The notes: a model not told the origin generated them from the sequence alone. Positions 30,601-42,649 are shown, numbered from the whole stretch's first letter. The stretch: 63,830 bases of DNA, filler included, from Bigelowiella natans CCMP2755 (GCA_000320545.1; 7 parts of 7 records of this genome joined end to end with filler, not necessarily neighbours in it); one strand, 5' to 3'. Translations and numbers: made by a program.

Positions 30601-32652
30601 ATCATCAGCTGGGGGGGTCTTGTCCAGTAGCTCCGTTATCTGTCGGATGGTCTTGCCGGGGTTCTTCTTCCGTAGCTCGGTAGGTGTAGGTAGCTTGTTG
30701 TCCGCTAGGTCCATAAACTCTAACGCATTAACGCTTGACTCAGAGGTCCACTCGTCAAGCCGTATCATGTTCTGGCTGATGGTCCTGCCTGACTTCTTTG
30801 GCAACTTAGCAAAGTATATCTTGTGATTGTAGAATGATATGATCCCCCCTAATTTTTCTAGGGCATCCTGTCCGAGGAGTAGTTCCATGGATAAAGTCAT
30901 GGCTACTCGGGTCTTGATTTGGGTCTCCGCGTCGCTGCCAGGTATCTGTAGCTTTAGCATTAGCTCACCGACGGTCTTCATGGAAGAGCTTCCGTCTGCT
31001 TGAGCATATTTACGTTCTTTCTTAGTCACTTGATCCAATAGTCCTAACCTTCTTACTGTGCTTAGGCTTATGAAGGACTTCGGCATGCTGCCACTATCCC
31101 AAAGGGCAGGTAGTTTCTTGTAGTCTCCGTAGCTGTCTTTAACTTTAACCTTGGTCATAGCAACTTTGATAGTCCTGTTAGCGTCTTCGTCATTAATGTT
31201 GCATACTCCTAAGTTCTTTATGTCGTCTAGGGTCATGGGCTTGTCTTGGTCCTGCGTTGCTGGTACTGCTGTCTTCGTCGGCGCCTGCTTAAGGTGATCT
31301 AATATTCCGTTTATCTGCTGCTGTATAGCATTGATACTGTTCTGCTTTTTGTTCTTATATTTATTGTTCTTCCCGTTGTTGCTGCCTTGCCATTTGCTGT
31401 TGTTATATCCTTGTCCTCTGCCTTTCTTTCTCTTTAACTTCTCGTAGTGTTCGTTGAGCTGCCTGATCGTCATCCTGGGTCGTCCTTCTTTCCTGTCTCT
31501 GCAGTCTTTAGCGGTGTGTTTCCCTTTACGTGAGCAGTATCCGCAACGTCGGTTACCTTCCCTGTCCTTGTACCAGTCTCGCTGCGGCTTAATAGCGTTA
31601 ATGTTTCCTATGCCAGGTACCTTAGGGCTGGTAAACTTGCGGTCCTGCTCCTGCTCGCGTAGGGATATAGCCTGCACTGCTGCCTCCATCGTGGTGTAGC
31701 CTTTCTCCGTAACGTAAGTGGATTCCTTTATCTTTAACTTGAACTCTTCAAACCTTGCCTGATCATCACCTGTGTTGTAATTAAAATCATGTAGTTCGTC
31801 GATCATATCCTGGAAGCGCGTGGCAAAGTCTCTAACAGGTTCTCTCTCATGCTGCATCATTGCTCTGTATTTTCTAATAGCCTGGGGTAGGGAGTTAGCA
31901 TCCTGTTCATTTACAAAAGCCTTCATTATCGCCTCAACGTCTCGTAGCCCACTAACTGTAGTGTGTATTTTCTCTAGCTGCCTGATCCGGGTCCTGCCTG
32001 TCTCGTAAAGGTCCATGGCTTGCTTTATTATAGCTAGCCATTTGAGCTTGTCGTTTTCGGTGGGGTTAGGGGTAAAGTCGCAGAGTATACTCCTAGCGTT
32101 CTTCCACCACCTCCTTGCCTCACCTCTTTTCCCGTTGTATTTCGTTATCATAACCGGTGCTGTTTTAACAGACATGAACTGGGTGTTCCGCTGTACCGGC
32201 TGCTGCTGCTTGACGGTGCTCTGGGTCGTCCCCCGCGAGGCGCCCAGACCCCCGTCGTTCCTAAACAAAGCTGCCCACTCTGGAGGTAAGTCTGCTTCGT
32301 AATCCATGATGTCCTGCATGATAGCTGCCCAAACATCATGTGTCTGATACTTGTATTCTATCGATACTTTCAGTTTGGCGTAGTTGCTCGCCCTGGGTCG
32401 CAAGGCTCGTAATGCCATTACGACCTTCTTGCTTTCGGCGGCCACGTCCTCGTCGTCCGCCTCGTAGAAGTTCTCCAGTGCCTCTGCTGCTGCATCTGCT
32501 TTCTTAATCCCGGGTGCTGGTCCCGGCGGTGCCTGTGGAGGTGTTCCTCCTCCTTCCTTAGCGTCCGTATCGCCCTTCCTTTCCTGTTTCTGCTCGTGCC
32601 CTTGCACGGCCTGCGAGCCAAAGTCCTGCTGTTCTTCTAGCTGCTGTGACAT
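27679..32652 (-). CDS. Gag-Pol polyprotein, single ORF, 1657 aa
   Basis: Zinc knuckle CGYCSRKGKHTAKDC (31501-31545); protease LWDSGS (31090-31098); RT PYGLSISG and YVDD (29977-29988); RNase H LWTDWS, TDHKPL, ADYFSR; integrase H-x3-H...CRC, IVQID, LHVDN, SNSKVERLHRTL; GPF/Y-like FWGG...HISHLK; extra C-terminal domain of about 125 aa. Confidence 0.98.
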   Translation of the reverse strand: MSQQLEEQQDFGSQAVQGHEQKQERKGDTDAKEGGGTPPQAPPGPAPGIKKADAAAEALENFYEADDEDVAAESKKVVMALRALRPRASNYAKLKVSIEYKYQTHDVWAAIMQDIMDYEADLPPEWAALFRNDGGLGASRGTTQSTVKQQQPVQRNTQFMSVKTAPVMITKYNGKRGEARRWWKNARSILCDFTPNPTENDKLKWLAIIKQAMDLYETGRTRIRQLEKIHTTVSGLRDVEAIMKAFVNEQDANSLPQAIRKYRAMMQHEREPVRDFATRFQDMIDELHDFNYNTGDDQARFEEFKLKIKESTYVTEKGYTTMEAAVQAISLREQEQDRKFTSPKVPGIGNINAIKPQRDWYKDREGNRRCGYCSRKGKHTAKDCRDRKEGRPRMTIRQLNEHYEKLKRKKGRGQGYNNSKWQGSNNGKNNKYKNKKQNSINAIQQQINGILDHLKQAPTKTAVPATQDQDKPMTLDDIKNLGVCNINDEDANRTIKVAMTKVKVKDSYGDYKKLPALWDSGSMPKSFISLSTVRRLGLLDQVTKKERKYAQADGSSSMKTVGELMLKLQIPGSDAETQIKTRVAMTLSMELLLGQDALEKLGGIISFYNHKIYFAKLPKKSGRTISQNMIRLDEWTSESSVNALEFMDLADNKLPTPTELRKKNPGKTIRQITELLDKTPPADDWDIDKGKKYINKILNEKYSDITKPTTKPSSKLTPVKIELKKGYEECIINDPEHRRPEADWEKIEWQINEWAKEGKIEPSNSPWNVRHVLAKKPTYPFFRLAHNFIRHNRVIKRIQTPTPRIDDVIEHVIGYKYYSSLDKNESYMQTPIHKTSRPITAFSSRHRKWHFVVFPYGLSISGDAFSSQNYRAYTHDGMASVLWVFVFVYVDDDIICTNTVVAQIFLLENIFIRFAHFGFTIRLQKCTFLATRIKWCGYYLEQGRITPNPEKVAALQQAPKPKNAKELKSFLQTAAWILRRFSPTYARTAAAFTTAYRKENSVGLSFAKVWAKAGLDAHFDNLIKLCSNTLLNAKLDTTRPATLWTDWSKLGMAAVLTQDQQIIRVWGRACTAAEAKYSPTKGEYKAMTEAQRKLRYYLLSVPSFTLMTDHKPLLGIDRKLEAPNDEYAAMRADTEEFRDKRTVVYAPGDKQLADYFSRLFEKKVPTQVTPMVNAITFEDGDFLPEPEELQHLQEHLDKYKHKHEVLSDRIYVYTNNVRRTYVPRRTRGALLFTAHGPAHVGENHITALLYHYYWPYKLKEIRTYLRGCRCSSLKAAGVATKESSKSRASKKIKARNFLDIVQIDVYKYDGYHYLTFVDVATGKCWVKKIIKVNVAKKNKGLYKQRLTNCYRTWESELQAIPDEVSINKIPKKLHVDNETSLLQLPHPNIDASPVYYAQSNSKVERLHRTLANLSRINSTTPDKIQGLVNDTFTSGGGIKDKEREEGDDNDDDTESEDEKVPYDGRVLKEGQYVRAKVNLRSRNKQDPFWGGVAKVTERKGRKQYYIYDGNRVTLRHISHLKNYDIGEKLLEDVKVNPTVWERAMPCLGPRPKFDVEYGNNKVRVNDDWRMKIVYLGYPGLRNMERVAMKIKDGKYQLLYLAVPDLPFEHWYKVLGDLDAEGWYGHEPKDEGEFWVSDKGDKVREESITWWLVKFRKR

Positions 32653-32668
32653 TGTTAGTCAAATCGTT

Positions 32669-32686
32669 TCCCGTGTGTGGAAGCCA
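32669..32686 (-). promoter_or_regulatory. Putative primer-binding site, copy 2
   Basis: TGGCTTCCACACACGGGA, 5 nt from the 5' LTR. Confidence 0.5.
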
Positions 32687-32691
32687 AAGGT

Positions 32692-33017
32692 TGTTGCGCG
32701 TAAGGTGTTCACAGGCCGAGGCGCTACGTGCACAAGTAGGCAGGGGGGGGGAAAGGCACGTTTGCTTCCTTTTGAAGAGTTGTGTTTATTTTTATTAAAG
32801 ATTATATTTTTATTAAATCGTGCACTGCGTAATCATTCGCGAAGCTTTCGCGAATGCCGCCGCACGTGGGGCAGCACACTTCCGGTGTGCTGCCATGAGT
32901 CCCGCCGGAACCCACGTGCCTATGCTGTATTAATATCTACGTTATCTATATTCTATATCCGCGACAACCCCTTTGTTGTCGCACGTGACTTGTGCCCGCG
33001 TAGTGGTACGCGCTACA
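32692..33017 (-). repeat. 5' LTR of copy 2 (326 bp)
   Basis: Same sequence as the other LTRs. Confidence 0.97.
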
Positions 33018-33021
33018 TGCA

Positions 33022-33420
33022 TCACTGCAACAAATTGTGGTCGATGGCGTGTGTAAATCTAAAAATGCGCTGTGCAGCACGGACGAACATGCACACATCT
33101 ATCACGGATCATTCACCATTGCACCATCGAACAGATTATGTGAGACGCACCAGCTAGCCAGCCACTACTAGACTACTAGACTAGCGCAGCAGCGATCCGA
33201 ACTAGCTGTCTAGATGTGGCACAGATCTGATTTGATGGACACTCTAGCAATGTTGAATTCACACATCTATAGACCTAGACTAGCTAGCTAGTCTATAGTC
33301 TAGGTCTAGCTAGCTCTAGACTAGTAGAGCTAGTAGTAGAGACGAACGGCTGTAGGATTTCATGTAATCGTGTCAATTCACTCAGTTTCGTTCGTAAGTG
33401 CGTTGCATACTAGCATGCTA
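33022..33420. other. TGCA/CTAG-rich island (right flank of copy 2)
   Basis: ctagactagctagctagtctatagtctaggtctagctagctctagactagtagagctag at about 33275-33335. Confidence 0.7.
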
Positions 33421-33505
33421 CGTTCATTTACATTCATTTGCACAATCTCTGTTGGCACAATCTGCTGCTGTCAAAAAAAGTAAGTTTGTTGCGAAAAGTT
33501 GCATT

Positions 33506-34560
33506 TTACATAAATGGGCTTGATGGCCTATCAGGCTCAACTAGCTCATCACTTTCAATTGATGATATTGAACTTCGTTGAGTGGTTGAATCATATTCAG
33601 TAGCCCAACAACTTGATAATCGACTCAAAAAATCCAAGAACATGTAAAGGTTTATGACGTAGCTTCGATCACCGAACCGTCTCTTCAAACTGCCTAAGCT
33701 AATGTTGCAGCAAGGGCAGAAAATCTGACAATTATTTTCATACAAAATGTATGAGTTTCTATTTGAATTTTTAATTGGAAAATGTTAGCATTTTGGTACA
33801 TGTAAAGCGGCACAAAAGTCCCATCTCTCCGAATAGCAACAACACAGATTAGCAATCTGTAGAAAGAAATGTTATTCATCTCTAAAATTGAACCGCTAGT
33901 AAAGTGCAGATTAATTTAAACGCCGTCATCTACTAAATTAGCACTCTCTAACTCTAATTCTTTATGACCGAAGAGCATGTACTATCTGGGTTGTCATCAT
34001 CTACGAGAAGAAACCCACATGGACAACACAGCCAGCCACACATTGTACACTGAAGTGTGAAAACAAAATTGACATAATGTAATTGTATACTGTGTCATTT
34101 TCACTCTAAATATCTAGAATCTAAAAGTTTATTTGAATTTCCTATTAAGGTAATGTTGTTTGCAGAATATGTTGCTGTCAAAGTAGATGTTGTATTTACC
34201 GGAACTGTCAAAGGAATGCAGAAAGGTGCGCAACAAATGCATTGAGGATACTGATAACATCTATGCGCTGAATAAAATGTGATTGGTGATAGTTTTTAAA
34301 GATGATAGATAGTGCTACTTAAGATAGTCGAAAATTGCAAGAAGATGTGAGCTCAAATCCTCAGCACATTCAGCGAACGTACCATCTTTGTCTTCTCGAT
34401 CTTCGAAGTCGGTCAAGATGTACGGCTGAAAGTTAACATATACGAAGCCTCCACGAAGTCGGGGCGAACATGCAAGAAGCTCAAAATTTCCTTCGTCAAT
34501 CCCGCTGGGGTCTAGAGCGAGTACTTCAAGAACTTCACCTTCAGCATCAGTCGTCCCCAT
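33506..34560 (-). CDS. Hypothetical protein (multi-exon, unresolved)
   Basis: ATG at 34560 gives MGTTDAEGEVLEVLALDPSGIDEGNFELLACSPRLRGGF...; ORF 33506-33745 may be the last exon; no family recognised. Confidence 0.35.
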
Positions 34561-35041
34561 TTTGCCAGGTGAATAAGAATAATTTCTCTCTGAACTCCAA
34601 AAACCTGCTACGACATAACAATTGCCTATGTTTTTCAAGTAAAATGACCTGAATTCGAACCACAATTTGAAAAATCTCCCACGAAATGCTTTTTGCAGTG
34701 CAATTAGTGCTAGAATGAGGCTGTGACAAATTCAATATTTCGGATACAAACAGCGAGGGAAAATTAGTTATTTGATCATGCGCGACACAAGCAGCGTAAA
34801 TTTGGAAAAACGACGCACGTGCGGAAAGCAGCGACGTCTTTGGGGAATCATTGCGGTTTCGTATGTCATTGGACTACTAGATTTTCATTTTTGAACAAAT
34901 CTCCCTCCATTTCTTTCTACTATGGTCAACACGCAGAACATTCTAGAATCCTTCTGTGTGCATGAATGTTTTTTGTCGAAATTTGTTCCACAGAAATCAT
35001 GCGGCTTCATGTGTGACTTCGAAATTTTCAGTTGTCGCTGA

Positions 35042-36011
<970 letters not shown>

Positions 36012-36419
36012 TTTCTTGACAATTTTATCTGGTGTATTTCTCTGTGAAATAATTGAATTGAAGTCGGCAACGAATATACATTGCATTGCAACGCAATTAT
36101 TTTCAGAACATCACAAGTTATCATGTGAAATGTGACTTTGTTGGTCACGCGACATGGTAGTTGTGATAAATTCGAGTCGAGAGATGTAATGAAATGTATC
36201 TTCTTCGTCTTCTGATGTGAGAATGTATTCTAGCTGCAGAGATAACTTTCCAATAATAACCAAAAGTGTGCAGAATGGTGCTTCCTAGTATGTACACTTA
36301 GTGGTTGCCAATCTGCAAAGTTGTAATAATGAAATCTGTGGAGCTACAATTCAAATCTGAACTACTACAATGATTAGCCATAGTAAAATCTGCAATTCAA
36401 ATCTGAACCACTGCAATGA

Positions 36420-37400
36420 ATAGCTGTAGCAATCTAGATTTCTAGATTCAGACACCCCTAGCCCCGTGTGCACGCAACGCAGCAGCACAGCAGCAGCATT
36501 ATCTAGCATTGATCACTAGCCTCACACAATGCAACAAATGTCTTGGAACTGTGCTAACCAGCTAACGTGGTTAGAAGATGACACAATGCTCACATGAATG
36601 CATGTGTGACACAACTCTACAGCTAGCCAGACGTGCTAGCATGCATGCACTGTGCTAGTGTACTTCACTAGTTTAGTCTGGCTAGCTAGCCCTGCTAGAT
36701 CTAGAGCTAGTAGTGCTAGAGTAGCTAGGTAGCTAGGTAGTCCAGAGGTGTCCATCAACACATCTGCAACATCCTAGCACACACTGCATGCCAGCATGCT
36801 GATGATGCATGTGCGTCTCTAGGTCTGGCTAGCTAGTAGTTAGCTAGCTAGCTAGCTAGTTAGCTGCATCAAAGATGTGAGTGGTGTCTGCTAGACAGCT
36901 CTAGAGCTAGCTAGCTAGGTCGCAGAGGTCTAGAGGTCTGGAGGTATTGTGTGCACGTAGCATAGACACTAGCATGCAGATCGACACGTTCTAGCGTTCA
37001 CTAGCTAGCTTGATCTAGAGATCTAGGATGTGCAAACCGTGCTAGCATGCGTCAGCAAGAAATGCGCTCATTCAGCATCATTTTGTTGCAACTACTAGAC
37101 TGCAGCAAGCTAGGCCCAAATTCTCAAGTCCAGCTAGGTAGCTAGAATAGCTAGAAAAGAGAAGCCCAATCTGTTAGATCTAGCCAACCTAGCAATGCTA
37201 GAATGCCCACAGAAGCGTAGTAGAGAGTGATGCATGGATGTGACATAACAGAGCAAGATGGTAAGATGGTACTAGCTAGCTAGATTGAGTTGACTTGACA
37301 CAGAACTAGAACTAGACTGAGGAGCGTCCGACTAGAATTAACTAAACTAGTAAAAGCAAGACTCCACAGCAGACGGATCAACTTCACTGATAAGCTTTCA
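36420..37400. other. Extreme CTAG-rich, CpG-poor intergenic island
   Basis: About 30 CTAG, about 7 CG and no CCGG counted by eye in 36601-37020; lies between the convergent 3' ends of Rac and PDAT. Confidence 0.85.
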
Positions 37401-37596
37401 CTAGTTTATGTTCTTTTCCTATGGTATTTCTCATTCAAATTGCTATGCTAGTACATGAAACCCTATAAAGCTTTCAGTCTAATAAAAACATAAGAAAACT
37501 AGCCGCTGTCTTTCACAGATATCAGGTTTTACAATGGTGCGCTAAATTCAATACTAAAGCGTAACGTAACTGTAACAACGGGATAGCTGCTGCCCC

Positions 37597-38023
37597 TCAT
37601 CCTCTTTTCCCACTTAGGTCTAAATACGACGCGATGTCGTTAATATTGCTGCCAATTCTTTCCCGAACCTCATCATGCCTTCCGGCGGCGATTAGCATTA
37701 TGTCCGTCATGAGTTCGTGGTTGCCCATGATGTCAACGTGGTCGCTCGACCCAGGCCCGCTTCTCGCGAGGGGATCAGTGATTGTCATCGAAGGTTTGTG
37801 CAAGTATTCCCGGCAGACAACCGGGGTTTCTTTTGGATTGAGGGGGGAGGGGGCAGAGCTCTCGACCTCGTCTCCGTTACTACGCCTTCCATTGTTTTCG
37901 CTTCTCCTCCACCCTTTTGCACACATCAAGCCCATGCTGAGAAGCGGAACCGACCCATCCCCGTCCACATATCGAATGCCTTTTGTGTTGCGTGTACAAA
38001 GGAATTATTTCTCAGGTATGCTA
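37597..38023 (-). CDS. PDAT: Phospholipid:diacylglycerol acyltransferase (LCAT family), C-terminal part; 5' end beyond the contig
   Basis: DGDGSVPLLSMGLMCAKGW, NP...CREYLH, DHVDIMGN and IAAG...I.SNI match the PDAT C-terminal motifs. Confidence 0.88.
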
Positions 38024-38123
38024 NNNNNNNNNNNNNNNNNNNNNNNNNNNNNNNNNNNNNNNNNNNNTTAATTAATTAANNNNNNNNNNNNNNNNNNNNN
38101 NNNNNNNNNNNNNNNNNNNNNNN
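38024..38123. other. Artificial contig linker
   Basis: N44-TTAATTAATTAA-N44. Confidence 0.99.
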
Positions 38124-38539
38124 AAAGGTTTCCTTTCATTAGTTTCCTGCTGCAAGTCTTGTATGCAATGACGTCATTCTATTGACTGCTATGCATATTC
38201 TATTTCAAATGATCTTCTACTATTTGGACTTAATACTTCTCTCCCCGCTTTGCACCAACTCCTATCCTACTACTAGTACTACTCATACTACTTTTCAGCG
38301 GCCAAGTACTACGATAACAGAATGGCAGCAGCAACTCTACATTACATGCTAGCTCCCCCACAACCTGCAATCCTTCCTGGAGCAAACCTTCATAATCACG
38401 GTGCAATCATCCTCTATGACATTGGCACACACTCCACCAACAACATATCCGTTGTTGAAGTGGGGGGGGGGGGGGGGGGGAGAGTTGACTGCTAAGAAGT
38501 AGCCCTGGTGGCGCATTTTCTTCTAATGCTAATTAATTA

Positions 38540-39078
38540 CCACAAGGAAAGTAGAGGAAAGGTCGTGATAGTACTGCTTCACCCGAGAGGTCACATCGCT
38601 GCCATGATGATGATGATGGTGATGATGATGATGATGATGATGATGATGGTGTGATAATGGTGATGGTGTGATAATGGTGATGTAAAAACACACACACACA
38701 CACACACACACCCACACACAAACATTAAGCACATTCCATATATATTGAGCTAAGTTGTGCATGTGCATTATGTGACATGACAGCATCGTGCTCTTCTGTC
38801 TACAGCAGCACCCTTGTGTCTGGAATGTAGCCCTTTTGGTTCTGCAGCTCATCGATGTCCTTTCGAATCTAATCATCGAAGCATCATCGTCAGTTGCATA
38901 GAATGGGGAGACGATGGTGCCCAAGAGCAATTTGCCAAATATACTCTTGACGAAATCCTTTAATCTGCTGCTGCTGCTGCTGCTGCTGCTGCTACCTTTG
39001 TTGCTGTCTCTGTGTGACGGTCCATCTCGATTTTGAGCTGCCTTATGCTCTTCGCGACGAAAGCAACGACACAATAAT

Positions 39079-39113
<35 letters not shown>

Positions 39114-40368
39114 CGGCAGCAGCAGCAACACAAATACAAAGAATAAGAATAGAAGCAAACGGAGAGCGCTTGGTAATGTCTTCTCCCTTTCCAGGATTGC
39201 TTTCCTCCCTCAACCCGTTATCCTATATCCTTCTTGGCCTCTTCTACTACATACCTGATTATATGCTTCAAGAGACTTCACCACCTCGCTCTTAAATCCT
39301 CCGATCTAAGGAATAAAACACAATTCAGTGATGGTAGCAGCGAGGGGGAGGGGGGGGCATCTGCTGTCGCTCTGGCATTGGGACAAAAGCAACGAACGAC
39401 GAAGACAGACCCGCGAGATCATCAATGTTTATTCCTATAAAGACACAGACGCTCTCCTCTCTCTCATATCAGCGATTAAGGCCACGTTGATGTATTCCAA
39501 TGCTCTCTCATCAGTTTCAGTTGTATCTTAAATCAACCCCCCCGCCTCCCGCCTCCCCCCTTTCAACGAAGTTTCCACTGTGCCGAAGCAGACCTGCACG
39601 AAGTCCGGGAAGTAGGGCAGCACCTCTTCAATACTCAAGGAGCAGTGCTTCAAGATGTCGGATACCTGGATTATTTGTGCACGCCGGATCATCATGAGAG
39701 GCAAAGGAGGGGGGGGGAGGGGGGTGGGGGGCGAGAAAAAACGAACAGGTGGCAAAATGGGGGTGGGGAAGGGGGGGAGGAGACTTGGAAAACATTCATT
39801 TTCCATCCACTGCGGAGAGGAAATAGCTCAAGAAGAAGAAAAAGAAGAAGAAGAAGAAGAAGAAGAAGAAGAAGAAGCAGAAGAAGTGAAGGTTTCTTTC
39901 AAGTAATGGCAGCGCAACCGTTGTGGGCAGAGAAATGCTCTCTGCGTGTGTTTGATAGTGCTTCGGTTGCTACCTTCTGTGTTGCCTTCTTCACGTCTCC
40001 CCTCTCCTTGTCTGATGATAGAATTTTTATATGAGGTGCTGATGTTTTGTATTATGTGTTAGCAACGACGACACCCCCCCCCCCCCCACCCCTTTTTCTC
40101 CCTCCTCCCCCGTATCTTCTTTCTGTTACTTACTAATGACGTGCCGCGCAACAAGCAGCCACAGCTTCTTGGTGATTTCAGGATCAACACCGGCCTTTTC
40201 GGCCTTTATTGTTAGCGAAGGAAGAGGAGGAGGAGGAGGAGGAGGGGGGAGGAGGGGAAGGAGGAGGAGGAGTCAGGGCGAGGAAGAGGGGAACTCCTTC
40301 AATGTTCATCAAATTAAAAAAATGCGACAGAATAATGACGAGTGGTAGACGACGGAAGGGCTTGACAG

Positions 40369-40401
<33 letters not shown>

Positions 40402-40594
40402 TATCATCCTTAAAAGAAACCTCAATCGCTGTGAGCTGTGCCAGTTGTATGTTGATCTTGAGAGCGACTTTGGTAGCCTCTTCAAACTCGCCGATGACCT
40501 TATGAATTTCTGAGCAGGCCCTGTTCATAACATTGGTGATGGCAAATAACAAGGGCGCCGGCCACACGAAGCAGCATCTAGTTCCGCATCATTT

Positions 40595-40634
<40 letters not shown>

Positions 40635-41538
40635 CACCCCCCCCCCTTCCCATTTTATCACTACTACTACTACTGCTACTACTACTACTACTGCTACCTG
40701 ATTTTGTTGTGGTGGTAGCACAATCGCAACGCCGACTTGACATCGTAGATTGGCTTCGGCCCGCTTTTGACGATGAAGCGAATCTAAATAATAATTGTGC
40801 ATGCACATCATCAATCCCAACATCATCACCATCATTTGCCACTCGCCATCATCATGATTCTTCCTCACTCCTCCTCCCCCTCCCTCACTTCACTGTCACC
40901 CCAAAGGGCAAACAACATTCGTATGGTGCCAGCAAGGAATCGAATAGTACCAAAGAGTCGTCTTTCTTCTGCTTGACGAGGAGGGAGATGAGGTAGTTGT
41001 GCACCGTTGGATCGGATACCTTCAACCATCGTTATTCAGGTACGTATGTAGTAACAGCAGCAGGACCAAAATCAATCATCACACCGCATGGAGGAAGGGG
41101 GCAAGAAAAAGGATGAAGGAATCGATCAGAAGAGCACGAATATATAGGAATAATAACGACAGCTTTCCCCCCCCCCCCCCCCCGCCCCCCTTCCCCGTCG
41201 TCGTCGTGTTGTGGTGGTGTATGTGATAGCAGTTGCTTTGTCAGACCTCTCCCGACTCACACCGTGAAGTACCTATTGGAGAAGAAGAAGACCACAAAGT
41301 CACCGATGCACAACAAACGAGAGAGGAGGGAGGAGGGAGGAGGAGGAGGAGGAGGAGGAGGAAAATGAATGTACTCCTCCTCCTCCTCAATCATCATCAT
41401 CAGCAACTATTACTACTACTACTACTAAGGGGGGGGGGGGGGGGGAGGGTTTCATGCTCCGAGCCCATACAAAAGCACACCTTGCCGGTTGAGAAGCGCG
41501 TCCAGTATCTATCATAGAAGTAGTAGTAGTAGTAGTTT

Positions 41539-41574
<36 letters not shown>

Positions 41575-41668
41575 GAGTAGGAGGAGGAGGAGGAGGAAAA
41601 GCGTCGTTGTTGTTCAGAGGCAACAGCTCCACCAAATACCGTTCTTCTATATCCATCCACATTCCGGA

Positions 41669-41711
<43 letters not shown>

Positions 41712-42215
41712 ACATCCATACTCTTCCTACACTACTACGACTACTACTCACTTCGCTAAGATGAGGAGGGCCATCTTTGGGCGTCCATGTGCGAGGGAGT
41801 GGCGCACCAGCCAATCACGATCTCCTATCACCTCCGCATAGTGGACAAGCTCGTCGGAACGGCCGTGGGACGAGATCAAACCGAACGTCGTTGCCTGCAA
41901 ATGCATGGTGATGATGATGATGATGATGGTGGTGGTGGCGATGGTGATGATGATACTGATGCCGATAATGATGAGGTAGCGGCGGCGAAGATGAAGAAGA
42001 AAAAGAAGAAGAAGAAGAAGAAGAAGAGGAAGAGGAAGAAGAAGAATTTCCTTCTATGTGTCTACTACTGCTGCTGCCATCAATGCCCGCAAAATGATGA
42101 TGCGAATGCGCGAAACACAAAACATGCATTCATATATGCGGTTGCTCGTAACCCCACATCTTGAAAAAAAAAAAACGGAGCCGGGCAAGAGAAGAAACGC
42201 TCAAAAAATTGATCT

Positions 42216-42289
<74 letters not shown>

Positions 42290-42604
42290 TATATTGCCCC
42301 CCCTCTTGCCTGATCGAGGATGTCGTAGTGGTCTTCGAGGAAGCGCTTAAACTCTCCAGCAACACGTTTCCTCTCACTCGCCTTCTCCTTCTCGGCACGT
42401 CCTGCCAACAACAAACACGCCAACCAGCAACCTCATATGGGATCATCATCATCCATCTATCAATCAGCCGCCGCACCATGGGATAATGCATGCTTCTTTG
42501 CGGTGTTGTCGTTGTTGATGGTCATTATTATTACGAAATAATCATCAGATCAATACCCCCCTCCCCGACACACATGTAAGTAGATATTAGAGATAGAGAG
42601 ATAC

Positions 42605-42649
<45 letters not shown>

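Larger units (their letters stand above)
27302..33017 (-). mobile_element. Ty3/Gypsy-type LTR retrotransposon, copy 2 (intact; 5716 bp)
   Basis: Matching 326-bp TG...CA LTRs; 4-bp TSD TGCA (27298-27301 and 33018-33021); PPT, putative PBS, one uninterrupted ORF; domain order PR-RT-RH-IN is Ty3/Gypsy. Confidence 0.98.

Noticed and set aside
30535-31331. The 797-bp segment missing from copy 1 as a spliced intron (spliced gag mRNA retrocopy)
   Set aside because: In either register the minus-strand ends are AT/TG and CC/CA, not GT-AG or GC-AG.
34421-34450. 18-nt GT...AG segment as a nucleomorph-type tiny intron
   Set aside because: It is in frame and stop-free, so equally exonic; the surrounding DNA is not nucleomorph-like.
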